A DNA stretch of 64,000 bases from IMG/VR virus record IMGVR_UViG_3300034280_001042, positions 1 to 64,000 of that record. One strand, 5' to 3'. A program made the translations under genes and the position numbers. The first letter of the stretch is position 1, and the number at the start of each line of letters is the position of its first letter. Below the pieces are notes generated by a model. The model saw nothing but the letters and a program-made list of their open reading frames with translations, made no database searches and was not told the DNA's origin. The DNA is from a virus. This document shows, one piece after another, positions 1-7,996 of the stretch.

Positions 1-290
1 ACTACTACCGGAGGAACTACTACTGGAGGTACAACTACCGGAGGTATAACAACTGGCGGAATTACAACTGGCGGAATTACAACTGGAGGAACTACTACCG
101 GCGGAACAAATGCTGACGGCACACCAGCAGTTCCAATAACTGGAGGAACTACTACTGGAGGTACAACTATCGGTGGTACAACGACCGGAGGAATTACAAC
201 TGGTGGAACTACTATTAATGGAATAACAACTGGAGGAACCACTATAGGAGGTATAACAACTGGAGGAACAACCACTGGAGGAACTACCAC
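1..290 (+). repeat. Degenerate 15-nt coding tandem repeat encoding (T/I)TTGG
   Basis: ACAACTGGCGGAATT at 49-63 and 64-78; the period of 15 continues through the region. Confidence 0.9.
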
Positions 291-2451
291 AAGCAAAAAC
301 CCACCCTCGTGTAACGGTTTAAGCAATAATAGTCTTGTAGGAGTTAACCTAAGTGGCGCTAATCTTAGCGGTTGCAGTGTTACCAATAGCGATTTTATGA
401 ATACTAATTTCGATAGCTCTAATGCGGATGGAATAAACGTTGGAAATAGTAATTTAACTAATACTAATTGGGATAATGGAAATATTAATAATAGCTCTTT
501 CGATAACTCTAATTTAAGCAACACTTCTTTTGATAATACAAATTTTAATAGTACTGTTTTCCATAACGCAAATGCGATAAATAGTAATTTTAAAAGCTCA
601 TCTTTAATCAATAGTAATTTTATTGATAGTAATTTTGATGATAGTAATTTTGATAATAGTAGTCTAAATTTTACTGCTATAAACGATAGCTCAATCAACA
701 ATGTTTCATTTGATAATAGCTTCATAAATAATAGCAATATAAACAACATTTCTTTGAAGAATAGCAGTTTTCAAGACACCTCAATCACAAATAGTTCAAT
801 CAATAACAGCACGGCGACATCGTCGAATTGGAGTAATTCGGACTTTAGTAATACGTCTATTACAGATTCTGAATTTTCTGATACTAATTTTAGCAATGCT
901 AATATTGGTAATGAATTGTCAAATATCACTTCTCAGCGTATTGTACAAATTAATTCTTCTGAGGCTAATATATTTAGCAGTCCAGATACATCTTTAAAAA
1001 TTACTGGAGTTAATTTAGAAACATCGGATTCTGTCAATATAATATTAAGAGATAAAAATAATCAACCAATTAATGTTTCCAGTTTTATCGTAGGTTCTGA
1101 TAATGATATTACTTTATTTGGATTAGACTTGAGTAAAGTAACCGGCCCAATCACCGCTCAAGTTTCTAATGAGAATAGCACAACTTCTGCTGTTCAAGTT
1201 GCAAATGTCGTATCAGATAATACTCCGTCTTCTGTTTTAACTCCCAATATTCCACAGAATATAGCCACTAATGGTAATGTTTTCCAAATTAATGGAAATG
1301 GATTTACAACAGAATCTATCCCACTACTGAAAACCAGCAATAATATACCATTAACTAATTTTACTTTTACGGTCGATTCTCCCAATCTGATAACAGTTTC
1401 TCTTTCCGAACTACCAGCCATTGACACTACAATAGTAGGTCAAGTTAATACTAATAATACATTAAGCAATTCTTCTACTCTAGGAAAGATATCTACACAA
1501 GCTATACCAGCTTCTGTTACTCCAAGTTTTTCTATAATTAATAATCAAACAGCAATTATTAATGGTTCAAATTTTTCTAATAGTAATAATATAGTCCAAT
1601 TATTTACTAAGACTAATGAAATATTGGTTCCGTTAGATATAATTTTAACGAATAAGTCAGGACTACAAGGTGTTGCATCGAACACAGACAAGACACAACT
1701 GACCGTTCAATTAAAAGAAGTTATTCCTCAGGGACCCATATTTGCTATAGTTTCCTCTAATGGAATTCTTTCAGAAAAGGATCCTGTTCAAATAGGAATT
1801 GTTAATTTTAATCTGCCAACAACATCAACTTTCTCAGGATCTGGATCAACAATAACTATTACTAGTCCAAATCATGGATTCTCGATAGGAGATAGTGTTA
1901 ATCTTGACTTTATTAGTGGGTCGATCACAAACGATGGCAACTTTAAGATAATAGCTATTAGCAAAAATACCTTTACAATAATAAACGACAAAGCAGTAGG
2001 TAATACCACAGGTAGTGTGAATATCGAAGGACGCATAGATGGTACTACTGTCATAGATAATAGAACAAAAATTATTCTTTCTAATTTCATATCTTCGTCA
2101 TTCAATGGAGCATCACTAGTTAATACTGTTTTATTTGGATCCTCATTTATTAATAGCGATTTTCAAAATAGTAATTTTATTAACACTGAAATTAATGAAT
2201 CTAATTTTACAAATGCTGATTTCAGAGGAGCTAATCTATCAGAAGCTATTATTATAGATTCTATATTTTGTGGTGTTATTTATGATAGTACTACCATATG
2301 GCCTAAAAACTTTGATGTTATTGCTGCTACGAGGTGTGATGGTAGTTTTTCTCCAACTAAAAAGCCAACTCCTCTGATTGATGGGGTTGGGGGTATTTGG
2401 AGAGCGTCTACTCTGGATCTAAAAGAGCAAAAAGAAGAAGATATTCAATAA
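1..2451 (+). CDS. 5'-truncated repeat protein: (T/I)TTGG tract, pentapeptide repeats, Ig/IPT-like beta-rich inserts, second pentapeptide block; putative virion or surface protein
   Basis: Frame 1 is open from base 1 into the listed 397..2451 ORF (TTTGGTTTGG...GVNLSGANLSGC). Pentapeptide periodicity (SNLSN, TNFSN, ADFRG, ANLSE) occurs at both ends of the listed ORF. Confidence 0.75.
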   Translation, partial: TTTGGTTTGGTTTGGITTGGITTGGITTGGTTTGGTNADGTPAVPITGGTTTGGTTIGGTTTGGITTGGTTINGITTGGTTIGGITTGGTTTGGTTTSKNPPSCNGLSNNSLVGVNLSGANLSGCSVTNSDFMNTNFDSSNADGINVGNSNLTNTNWDNGNINNSSFDNSNLSNTSFDNTNFNSTVFHNANAINSNFKSSSLINSNFIDSNFDDSNFDNSSLNFTAINDSSINNVSFDNSFINNSNINNISLKNSSFQDTSITNSSINNSTATSSNWSNSDFSNTSITDSEFSDTNFSNANIGNELSNITSQRIVQINSSEANIFSSPDTSLKITGVNLETSDSVNIILRDKNNQPINVSSFIVGSDNDITLFGLDLSKVTGPITAQVSNENSTTSAVQVANVVSDNTPSSVLTPNIPQNIATNGNVFQINGNGFTTESIPLLKTSNNIPLTNFTFTVDSPNLITVSLSELPAIDTTIVGQVNTNNTLSNSSTLGKISTQAIPASVTPSFSIINNQTAIINGSNFSNSNNIVQLFTKTNEILVPLDIILTNKSGLQGVASNTDKTQLTVQLKEVIPQGPIFAIVSSNGILSEKDPVQIGIVNFNLPTTSTFSGSGSTITITSPNHGFSIGDSVNLDFISGSITNDGNFKIIAISKNTFTIINDKAVGNTTGSVNIEGRIDGTTVIDNRTKIILSNFISSSFNGASLVNTVLFGSSFINSDFQNSNFINTEINESNFTNADFRGANLSEAIIIDSIFCGVIYDSTTIWPKNFDVIAATRCDGSFSPTKKPTPLIDGVGGIWRASTLDLKEQKEEDIQ

Positions 2452-2459
2452 ATCTCTAC

Positions 2460-2466
2460 GGTGTAT
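2460..2466 (+). promoter_or_regulatory. GGTGTAT intergenic motif (candidate phage-specific promoter)
   Basis: Same heptamer in three short intergenic gaps (2460, 3998, 7452); here followed by an AT tract and an AGGAG RBS. Confidence 0.45.
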
Positions 2467-2490
2467 TTGATTAATAGGAGTTAACTTAAT

Positions 2491-3990
2491 ATGTCTAGTA
2501 GCAATAATATTCCAAATATCGTTTTTGGTAGCGGTATAAACTTTCGCATAAACGCTGCGGGAAATAAGCCTCTACCATCACAAGAGAATTTTGCTCAACA
2601 AATCTTACCTGAAATCGGATTATTTTTTACTCCAACTCCGACTCGCACTCCAACAGTTACTCCAACATTAACTCCTACTATTACCCAAACTCCGACTGGG
2701 GCAACAAAAACCCCCACCCCCACCGCTACAAAAACTCCAACTCAAACAGCATCACAAACAAGAACCCCCACACTAACTCCTAGCGTTACTAGAACAAAAA
2801 CCCCAACCCCAACAGTTACTCCAACTCGAACGATTACTCCAACGATTACTTCAACTGTAACTATTAGTCCAACAGTTACTACTAGTCCAACCCCAACTAG
2901 AGACTGTATTTTAGGAGACAACTTCAGTAGCTACTCATTACCTGCAATCACAGATTGGAAAGACATAACTTATGGCAATAATACTTATATTATTATAGAA
3001 AGTATTAATGCGACATTAGTTAGTTTAGATGCTCGCAATTGGACTCTGGGAGAAGGACTTCCATATTCTGGTCCTAATGCTTGGCAGAGTATCACTTATG
3101 GTGCAGACAATAGGTTTGTGGCTGTTGGATCGTCTCCAAAATCAGCAATCAGTAACGATGGATCAACTTGGGTGGCTGGAAATAATATCATGCCAATAGT
3201 TGCTGTATCTGGTTCAGGTACGCCTCCACCCGTAGAGAATTACACATGGAATCAGATTATATATTCTGAAGAAATACAAAAATATCTAGCAGTTTCTAGT
3301 TCGAGTAATCGATCTACAGCTTCTAGAATAGCTATTAGTAGCGACGGGATCACTTGGACAAGTAACCCCCTACCTACAGCGCCATCTTTCAGCGGTGCTC
3401 CAACAAATAAAAATTGGCTAACCATAGCTTATGGGGCCAATTATTTTGTTGCGGGTAGCGATTCGTCTTTTGGAGATGGTACCATAGAGACAGATTATGA
3501 TCCATCGATAGCCACGAGTACAGATGGTGTTGTATGGACACTAAGATCAATAGGGTCTTCAACAAACTGGAACACTAATAACATAGGAAATATTAAAAAG
3601 ATAGTATATGGTAATGGTAATTTTGTAGCTATTGCACAGGGGAATATAACTGTGGGAAGCTCAGTGAGAGGTTGTTGTCGCGTATTTATAAGCTCTAATG
3701 CTATCAACTGGAACTTGGTTGCAACAATACAAGGATCAAATAGCAACTTGGTATTCGGATCACCTAATTCTTTGGGTATGAGTAAGTTTTTGCTTTTAGT
3801 TAGAAATATTACTACTGGAGATAATGATATTTACTATAGTATGACTGGTTCTGGATGGACGATTTTAAGCTCTCTAGAATCTACAGCTTTTGATATTTCT
3901 AGTATTCAAAGCTTAAATGGTCAATTTATAGCAATTAATCAATCAACAGTTTATTTAGCAGACAATTGTCCTGGAGGATTTTCTCAATAA
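2491..3990 (+). CDS. Thr/Pro-rich stalk plus beta-propeller protein (W..I.YG..FVA / S.DG..W repeats), putative tail or adhesion protein
   Basis: About 90 aa TPTxTPT tract, then repeated WxxIxYG and SxDGxxW blades; AGGAG RBS. Confidence 0.7.
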   Translation: MSSSNNIPNIVFGSGINFRINAAGNKPLPSQENFAQQILPEIGLFFTPTPTRTPTVTPTLTPTITQTPTGATKTPTPTATKTPTQTASQTRTPTLTPSVTRTKTPTPTVTPTRTITPTITSTVTISPTVTTSPTPTRDCILGDNFSSYSLPAITDWKDITYGNNTYIIIESINATLVSLDARNWTLGEGLPYSGPNAWQSITYGADNRFVAVGSSPKSAISNDGSTWVAGNNIMPIVAVSGSGTPPPVENYTWNQIIYSEEIQKYLAVSSSSNRSTASRIAISSDGITWTSNPLPTAPSFSGAPTNKNWLTIAYGANYFVAGSDSSFGDGTIETDYDPSIATSTDGVVWTLRSIGSSTNWNTNNIGNIKKIVYGNGNFVAIAQGNITVGSSVRGCCRVFISSNAINWNLVATIQGSNSNLVFGSPNSLGMSKFLLLVRNITTGDNDIYYSMTGSGWTILSSLESTAFDISSIQSLNGQFIAINQSTVYLADNCPGGFSQ

Positions 3991-3997
3991 TTATAAT

Positions 3998-4004
3998 GGT
4001 GTAT
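3998..4004 (+). promoter_or_regulatory. GGTGTAT intergenic motif
   Basis: Starts 29 nt before ATG 4027, followed by TAATATAAGGA. Confidence 0.45.
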
Positions 4005-4026
4005 TAATATAAGGAATAAAAAAACT

Positions 4027-4257
4027 ATGAACACTTTAAATCATACCACTATCACAATCGATAATAGATGTTTAGATATACTATTAACAGAACAAGAAAT
4101 AGAAATAGCATTCGAGAGATCCATAAAAGAAGAAAATAGATCTTTTATAGATATCAATAAGTGCTGTAAATGCTGGCCTACTAATAAACCACCAGAATGT
4201 GGATTTTGGAAAAAAATCCTAGGTTTATGTGTTAAATGTAATTGTTCATGTAACTAA
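4027..4257 (+). CDS. Small Cys-rich hypothetical protein
   Basis: ORF with AAGGA RBS; CCKC and CVKCNCSC. Confidence 0.55.
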   Translation: MNTLNHTTITIDNRCLDILLTEQEIEIAFERSIKEENRSFIDINKCCKCWPTNKPPECGFWKKILGLCVKCNCSCN

Positions 4258-4278
4258 TATAAATTAAGGCTTATAGCT

Positions 4279-4596
4279 ATGAGCGAAACCATTATTCATT
4301 TCTGGGAAAATATTGCAACAACCAGTATTGGCATTATTGTCACAATGGTAGGGTTTTGGGTGGCTATTGGTAGAAATATGGCTACTAAAGCAGAAGTTTT
4401 AGTTATGATAGAAACTCAAAGTCCATATAACCATGATAAACAGTTTATTATGGAAAGACTTAACAGCAATAAAGAAAGTCAAGCAGCATTTGCATTAGCT
4501 TTGCAAAGAAATACTGAAGTAATGACAGAGTTAAAAATTCAAATAGCAACACTTGGTAAAACCTTAGAAGCCCTAGAAGACAGAATAGAAAGGTAA
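4279..4596 (+). CDS. Single-TM plus coiled-coil membrane protein (holin or antiholin-like architecture)
   Basis: N-terminal hydrophobic IGIIVTMVGFWVAI; C-terminal heptads. Confidence 0.55.
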   Translation: MSETIIHFWENIATTSIGIIVTMVGFWVAIGRNMATKAEVLVMIETQSPYNHDKQFIMERLNSNKESQAAFALALQRNTEVMTELKIQIATLGKTLEALEDRIER

Positions 4597-4599
4597 TTT

Positions 4600-4800
4600 A
4601 TGGCAAATGATATAAATAAAGCAATTAGTGCTAATCAGATAAAAAACGGAACAACCGTTGTCACAACAACAGTTGCAGGAGAGTATTCAACAATAGATAC
4701 ATATGCTAAAAATAGTCCAACAATTAATGATATTCAAGCCAAATATGATAATAGATTCTATAATGGTATTTTTGTTAATGTAATTGCTAGTGGTATTTAA
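4600..4800 (+). CDS. Hypothetical protein
   Basis: ORF tightly packed in the operon. Confidence 0.5.
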   Translation: MANDINKAISANQIKNGTTVVTTTVAGEYSTIDTYAKNSPTINDIQAKYDNRFYNGIFVNVIASGI

Positions 4801-4833
4801 TAAAATAATCACATAATTGGAGAAAATAAATCA

Positions 4834-5160
4834 ATGGTCAAACCCGGCTATAGAACCAGTGAATTCTGGTTTACTTTTGTCAGTTTTATATTTAGTGGAT
4901 TATACCTAATTGGCTTATTGGATAGTAATAGTCAAAAAGAAAATTTAATCGAAGAAACTAGCAGAGGATTAGAAGCTACTATCCTTATTATAGGACAATT
5001 AATGGTATTGTTCAAATATGTTAAAGGAAGAACTGATCTTAAAAAGACTTGGTGGAGCACAGCAACACCAGAAGAAAGAAAAGAAGCTAATAAAAAGAAT
5101 AGTCAACCGCTAAGAAAAAAGAGAAAGAAAAATGCAAACCCAAAACCTATCAGTAAATAA
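4834..5160 (+). CDS. Two-TM holin-like protein
   Basis: KPGYRTSEFW N-terminal motif, two hydrophobic segments, strongly basic C-terminal tail; GGAG RBS. Confidence 0.55.
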   Translation: MVKPGYRTSEFWFTFVSFIFSGLYLIGLLDSNSQKENLIEETSRGLEATILIIGQLMVLFKYVKGRTDLKKTWWSTATPEERKEANKKNSQPLRKKRKKNANPKPISK

Positions 5161-5557
5161 TCTTGGGAATCTAGTAATTAAAGCTAAAGAAATACTAAAT
5201 AGTGCTAAAGCAGTAGCCATGCCACAAGCATGGAATATTTTACAACTAGCTACAGCAGAAGTTATTCAGAGCATAGAAGATAATAGTCCCTCTCTGAGAG
5301 GGGCCGATAAAAAAACATTGGCTATGACTATGATTTCTAACTTTTATGATCAAGTATTTACAATAATAAATTTTCCATTTGTTCCACAGATTTTACAACC
5401 TATTATACAGAAGTATGTGAAACAAATTCTCATGCTATTGGTTAGTGCGACTATTGATGCTTTAGTTACCACTTTTAGAAATAGTGGAGTTTTTGTTGAT
5501 CCAAGCACTAAGGTTGATCCTGTTGTTGATAATACTCCAAAAGTTTCAGATAAATAA
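5132..5557 (+). CDS. Hypothetical alpha-helical protein (GADKK motif)
   Basis: ORF overlapping the upstream gene. Confidence 0.55.
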   Translation: MQTQNLSVNNLGNLVIKAKEILNSAKAVAMPQAWNILQLATAEVIQSIEDNSPSLRGADKKTLAMTMISNFYDQVFTIINFPFVPQILQPIIQKYVKQILMLLVSATIDALVTTFRNSGVFVDPSTKVDPVVDNTPKVSDK

Positions 5558-5571
5558 ACAAGGAAAACAAA

Positions 5572-5973
5572 ATGAATTTTACAGAGAGCTTCCAAGAATT
5601 TAGTAGTCGTTTGAGCACAACGGATTTGGCTCTTTATGCTGGTGCTGGCATTATTATCTGGGTATTGTTTAAGGATAGACTAAGCCCAGTTCAACAATTA
5701 ATTACTTCATTAGTTGAAAAAGTCAAGGGTATAACAAAAGGAAATACTGTTACATTACCAACTGTTGATGTTCCCAAAGTTGATCCAGTAGTATTACCTA
5801 AAGTAGTCGGAGAGAATAAGGACGATGTGTTTTTTAAGCTTGTAGTATCATGGAAACAAACTCGTGATCTAGCAGAAAAGAGTGGTTGTGCCGAGGCTAT
5901 TAAGGTTGCTGATCAAATGTTTCCGTTTCTAAGTCCTAATGTGTGCTCTAAAAAAGAGGATAAAGTAGTATGA
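5572..5973 (+). CDS. Single-TM membrane protein
   Basis: LALYAGAGIIIWVLF; AAGGA RBS. Confidence 0.6.
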   Translation: MNFTESFQEFSSRLSTTDLALYAGAGIIIWVLFKDRLSPVQQLITSLVEKVKGITKGNTVTLPTVDVPKVDPVVLPKVVGENKDDVFFKLVVSWKQTRDLAEKSGCAEAIKVADQMFPFLSPNVCSKKEDKVV

Positions 5974-6464
5974 AAAATAATAACCTATTACTGGTAGTAG
6001 CTGGTTTACTTATTCTGGTTGGCTTAACCAAGTTTGATCTATCAAGACTCAACATTCTACCAAACAAACCTAATGCTGTTGATGTTCTAGAATTACCAGA
6101 ACCAACAGACTCAGCTGTTAAAAAAGAAGCAGATGACGTTGTCTCAGTACTAAAAGAATCTGGAGCAAAAGGCGATGCTAAAAGATTACGAGATTTATAT
6201 CTTGATCTAGCAAAACTTGTTGAGCTTGATGGAGAAAACGAGGTGGTTAGAAATACTGAAGAAATTCGTCAAGCCAATAGTTTGGCTGGTGTTATGCTTA
6301 GACTAGATATTAAGGGTAAGTATCCTGATCTAGCTAAAGAAGCAAAAGAAGTGGTAGTAGCAGCTATTGGAGACGATCAAATTCTTTTATCTAAAGAGCT
6401 AAGGGCTAAGGCCGTAGAAGGTCTTAATGCTTTAGCTTGGGCTTGTAATATGGGGTCAAAATAA
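5970..6464 (+). CDS. Signal-anchored (secreted or periplasmic) helical protein
   Basis: N-terminal LLLVVAGLLILVGL; ATGA overlap with the upstream gene. Confidence 0.6.
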   Translation: MKNNNLLLVVAGLLILVGLTKFDLSRLNILPNKPNAVDVLELPEPTDSAVKKEADDVVSVLKESGAKGDAKRLRDLYLDLAKLVELDGENEVVRNTEEIRQANSLAGVMLRLDIKGKYPDLAKEAKEVVVAAIGDDQILLSKELRAKAVEGLNALAWACNMGSK

Positions 6465-7387
6465 TGGCTAGACTCTCTCCGAAAGAATTATACGATAATT
6501 ATCGTAAGGGATTTAGTGGATGCGTCTGGGAAGAGCATGTGTTCAATCATTTGATGGAAACTTCCAAGTATCCATTATTTGGTGATGCTAGTAAAAAAAT
6601 TAGTGGCAGCGGTAAGGGTAAACTATCAACACCATACAAGAGTGTGTTAAAGTTTGATAAACATCCTTATAATGAAAGACAAACCACTGGGGATTGTGTT
6701 AGTCATGGAACACGAAATGCTTGTGATGTTTCACGAGCAGTAGAAATAGATGTGCATAATGAAAGAGAGGATTGGATAGCAAGGGGTGCAACAGAGGCTA
6801 TCTATGGATATAGAGGATTTAGTGGACAGGGCATGAGTTGTGCCAGAGCAGCTGAGTTTGTCAGCAAGATTGGTGGTCTTGTAGTAAGAAAAAATTATGG
6901 TTTTGTAGATTTCAGTAAATACAATGGTAATTTAGGTGCTGGTTGGGGAGGTCGAGGACTCCCAGACAAAGTACTAGATCTAGCAAATGACCATCAAATC
7001 AAGACCGCCTCATTAATACGAACAGTAGAAGAAGCTAGAGATGCTTTGGCTAACGGTTATGGTTTAGCAGTATGTTCTAACTATGGTTTTAGTAACACTA
7101 GAGATAAAAAGGGATTTGCTAGACAGTCTGGTTCTTGGGCGCATTGTATGGCTTGGATAGCTTGTGACGATACTAATGGAGAACCAGCATTTCTAGTACA
7201 AAATAGCTGGGGAAAATGGAATGATGGTGGTCATCCAGAATGGGGTCCAATTCCTGATGGTTCATTTTTAATTCATTCTGATGTTGCTCAGGGTATGTTG
7301 AGTCAAAACGGATCATATGCTTTTAGTGGTTTTGATGGATTCCCTCTTCAAAAACTACCAAGCTACGGATTTGATGACTATTTGTAG
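6464..7387 (+). CDS. Papain-like cysteine peptidase (C1 family)
   Basis: Q..GDCVSH (oxyanion Gln plus catalytic Cys), WAHCM (His) and VQNSWG (Asn) occur in canonical order. Confidence 0.85.
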   Translation: MARLSPKELYDNYRKGFSGCVWEEHVFNHLMETSKYPLFGDASKKISGSGKGKLSTPYKSVLKFDKHPYNERQTTGDCVSHGTRNACDVSRAVEIDVHNEREDWIARGATEAIYGYRGFSGQGMSCARAAEFVSKIGGLVVRKNYGFVDFSKYNGNLGAGWGGRGLPDKVLDLANDHQIKTASLIRTVEEARDALANGYGLAVCSNYGFSNTRDKKGFARQSGSWAHCMAWIACDDTNGEPAFLVQNSWGKWNDGGHPEWGPIPDGSFLIHSDVAQGMLSQNGSYAFSGFDGFPLQKLPSYGFDDYL

Positions 7388-7451
7388 AGTTAATTTTCAC
7401 TTATCGATATAATCTCCACTATTTCTGGCCAAAAATGCATTAGTGGTATTT

Positions 7452-7458
7452 GGTGTAT
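7452..7458 (+). promoter_or_regulatory. GGTGTAT intergenic motif
   Basis: Third intergenic copy, followed by CATAATAT. Confidence 0.4.
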
Positions 7459-7496
7459 CATAATATGTTACTACCCTATTATACGAGATTATTTCT

Positions 7497-7691
7497 ATGA
7501 GACTAATAGACAGAATAGCTTTAAATAGAGCTATACATATGCTGTTAGGGTTTATCTTGTCTGTATTAAAGATGTTTGAAAAAAACAATCCAGAAAATAA
7601 ACCAGACGATTCGATTAAACCAAAACCACAAAAAAGAAAAAGACTAAAAGACTTGGTAGACAACATACTACCATGGAGAGAACAAAAATGA
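7497..7691 (+). CDS. Small membrane-associated protein
   Basis: Hydrophobic MLLGFILSVL followed by a Pro/Lys-rich tail. Confidence 0.55.
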   Translation: MRLIDRIALNRAIHMLLGFILSVLKMFEKNNPENKPDDSIKPKPQKRKRLKDLVDNILPWREQK

Positions 7692-7984
7692 ATAAATTAT
7701 TTATTAGTCTATTTTGCATTAGTTTATTGTTTTCTGAAGGAAGGTATTACGGCTCAACAACAGCTTCGGTAACTCTTGCTGGTGGAATTATTAAAGCTAA
7801 GCATTCACAAGAAATTACTACAAAATACAAGAGAAAAGATTGTCCAGTATGTAAGGGTAAAGGATGGTATATGAGTGGAGACAATATCAAAAAAATTGAT
7901 TGCAATTATTGCGAACCAGACAACTCAGCACCACTCTCTTCTAAAATAGACCCTAATTGTAAAACTCATATCAAACGCAACTAG
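7688..7984 (+). CDS. Signal-peptide protein with a DnaJ-type zinc-finger motif
   Basis: Likely start ATG 7688 (ATGA overlap); CPVCKGKG...CNYC. Confidence 0.6.
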   Translation: MNKLFISLFCISLLFSEGRYYGSTTASVTLAGGIIKAKHSQEITTKYKRKDCPVCKGKGWYMSGDNIKKIDCNYCEPDNSAPLSSKIDPNCKTHIKRN

Positions 7985-7996
7985 GATTCTGTTATA

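Noticed and set aside
397-2451. Qnr/MfpA quinolone-resistance protein
   Set aside because: Much longer, multidomain and located among structural-type genes
7416-7446. Imperfect inverted repeat CCACTA...TAGTGG after the peptidase gene
   Set aside because: Weak stem with no clean U-tract; cannot be called a terminator or ncRNA
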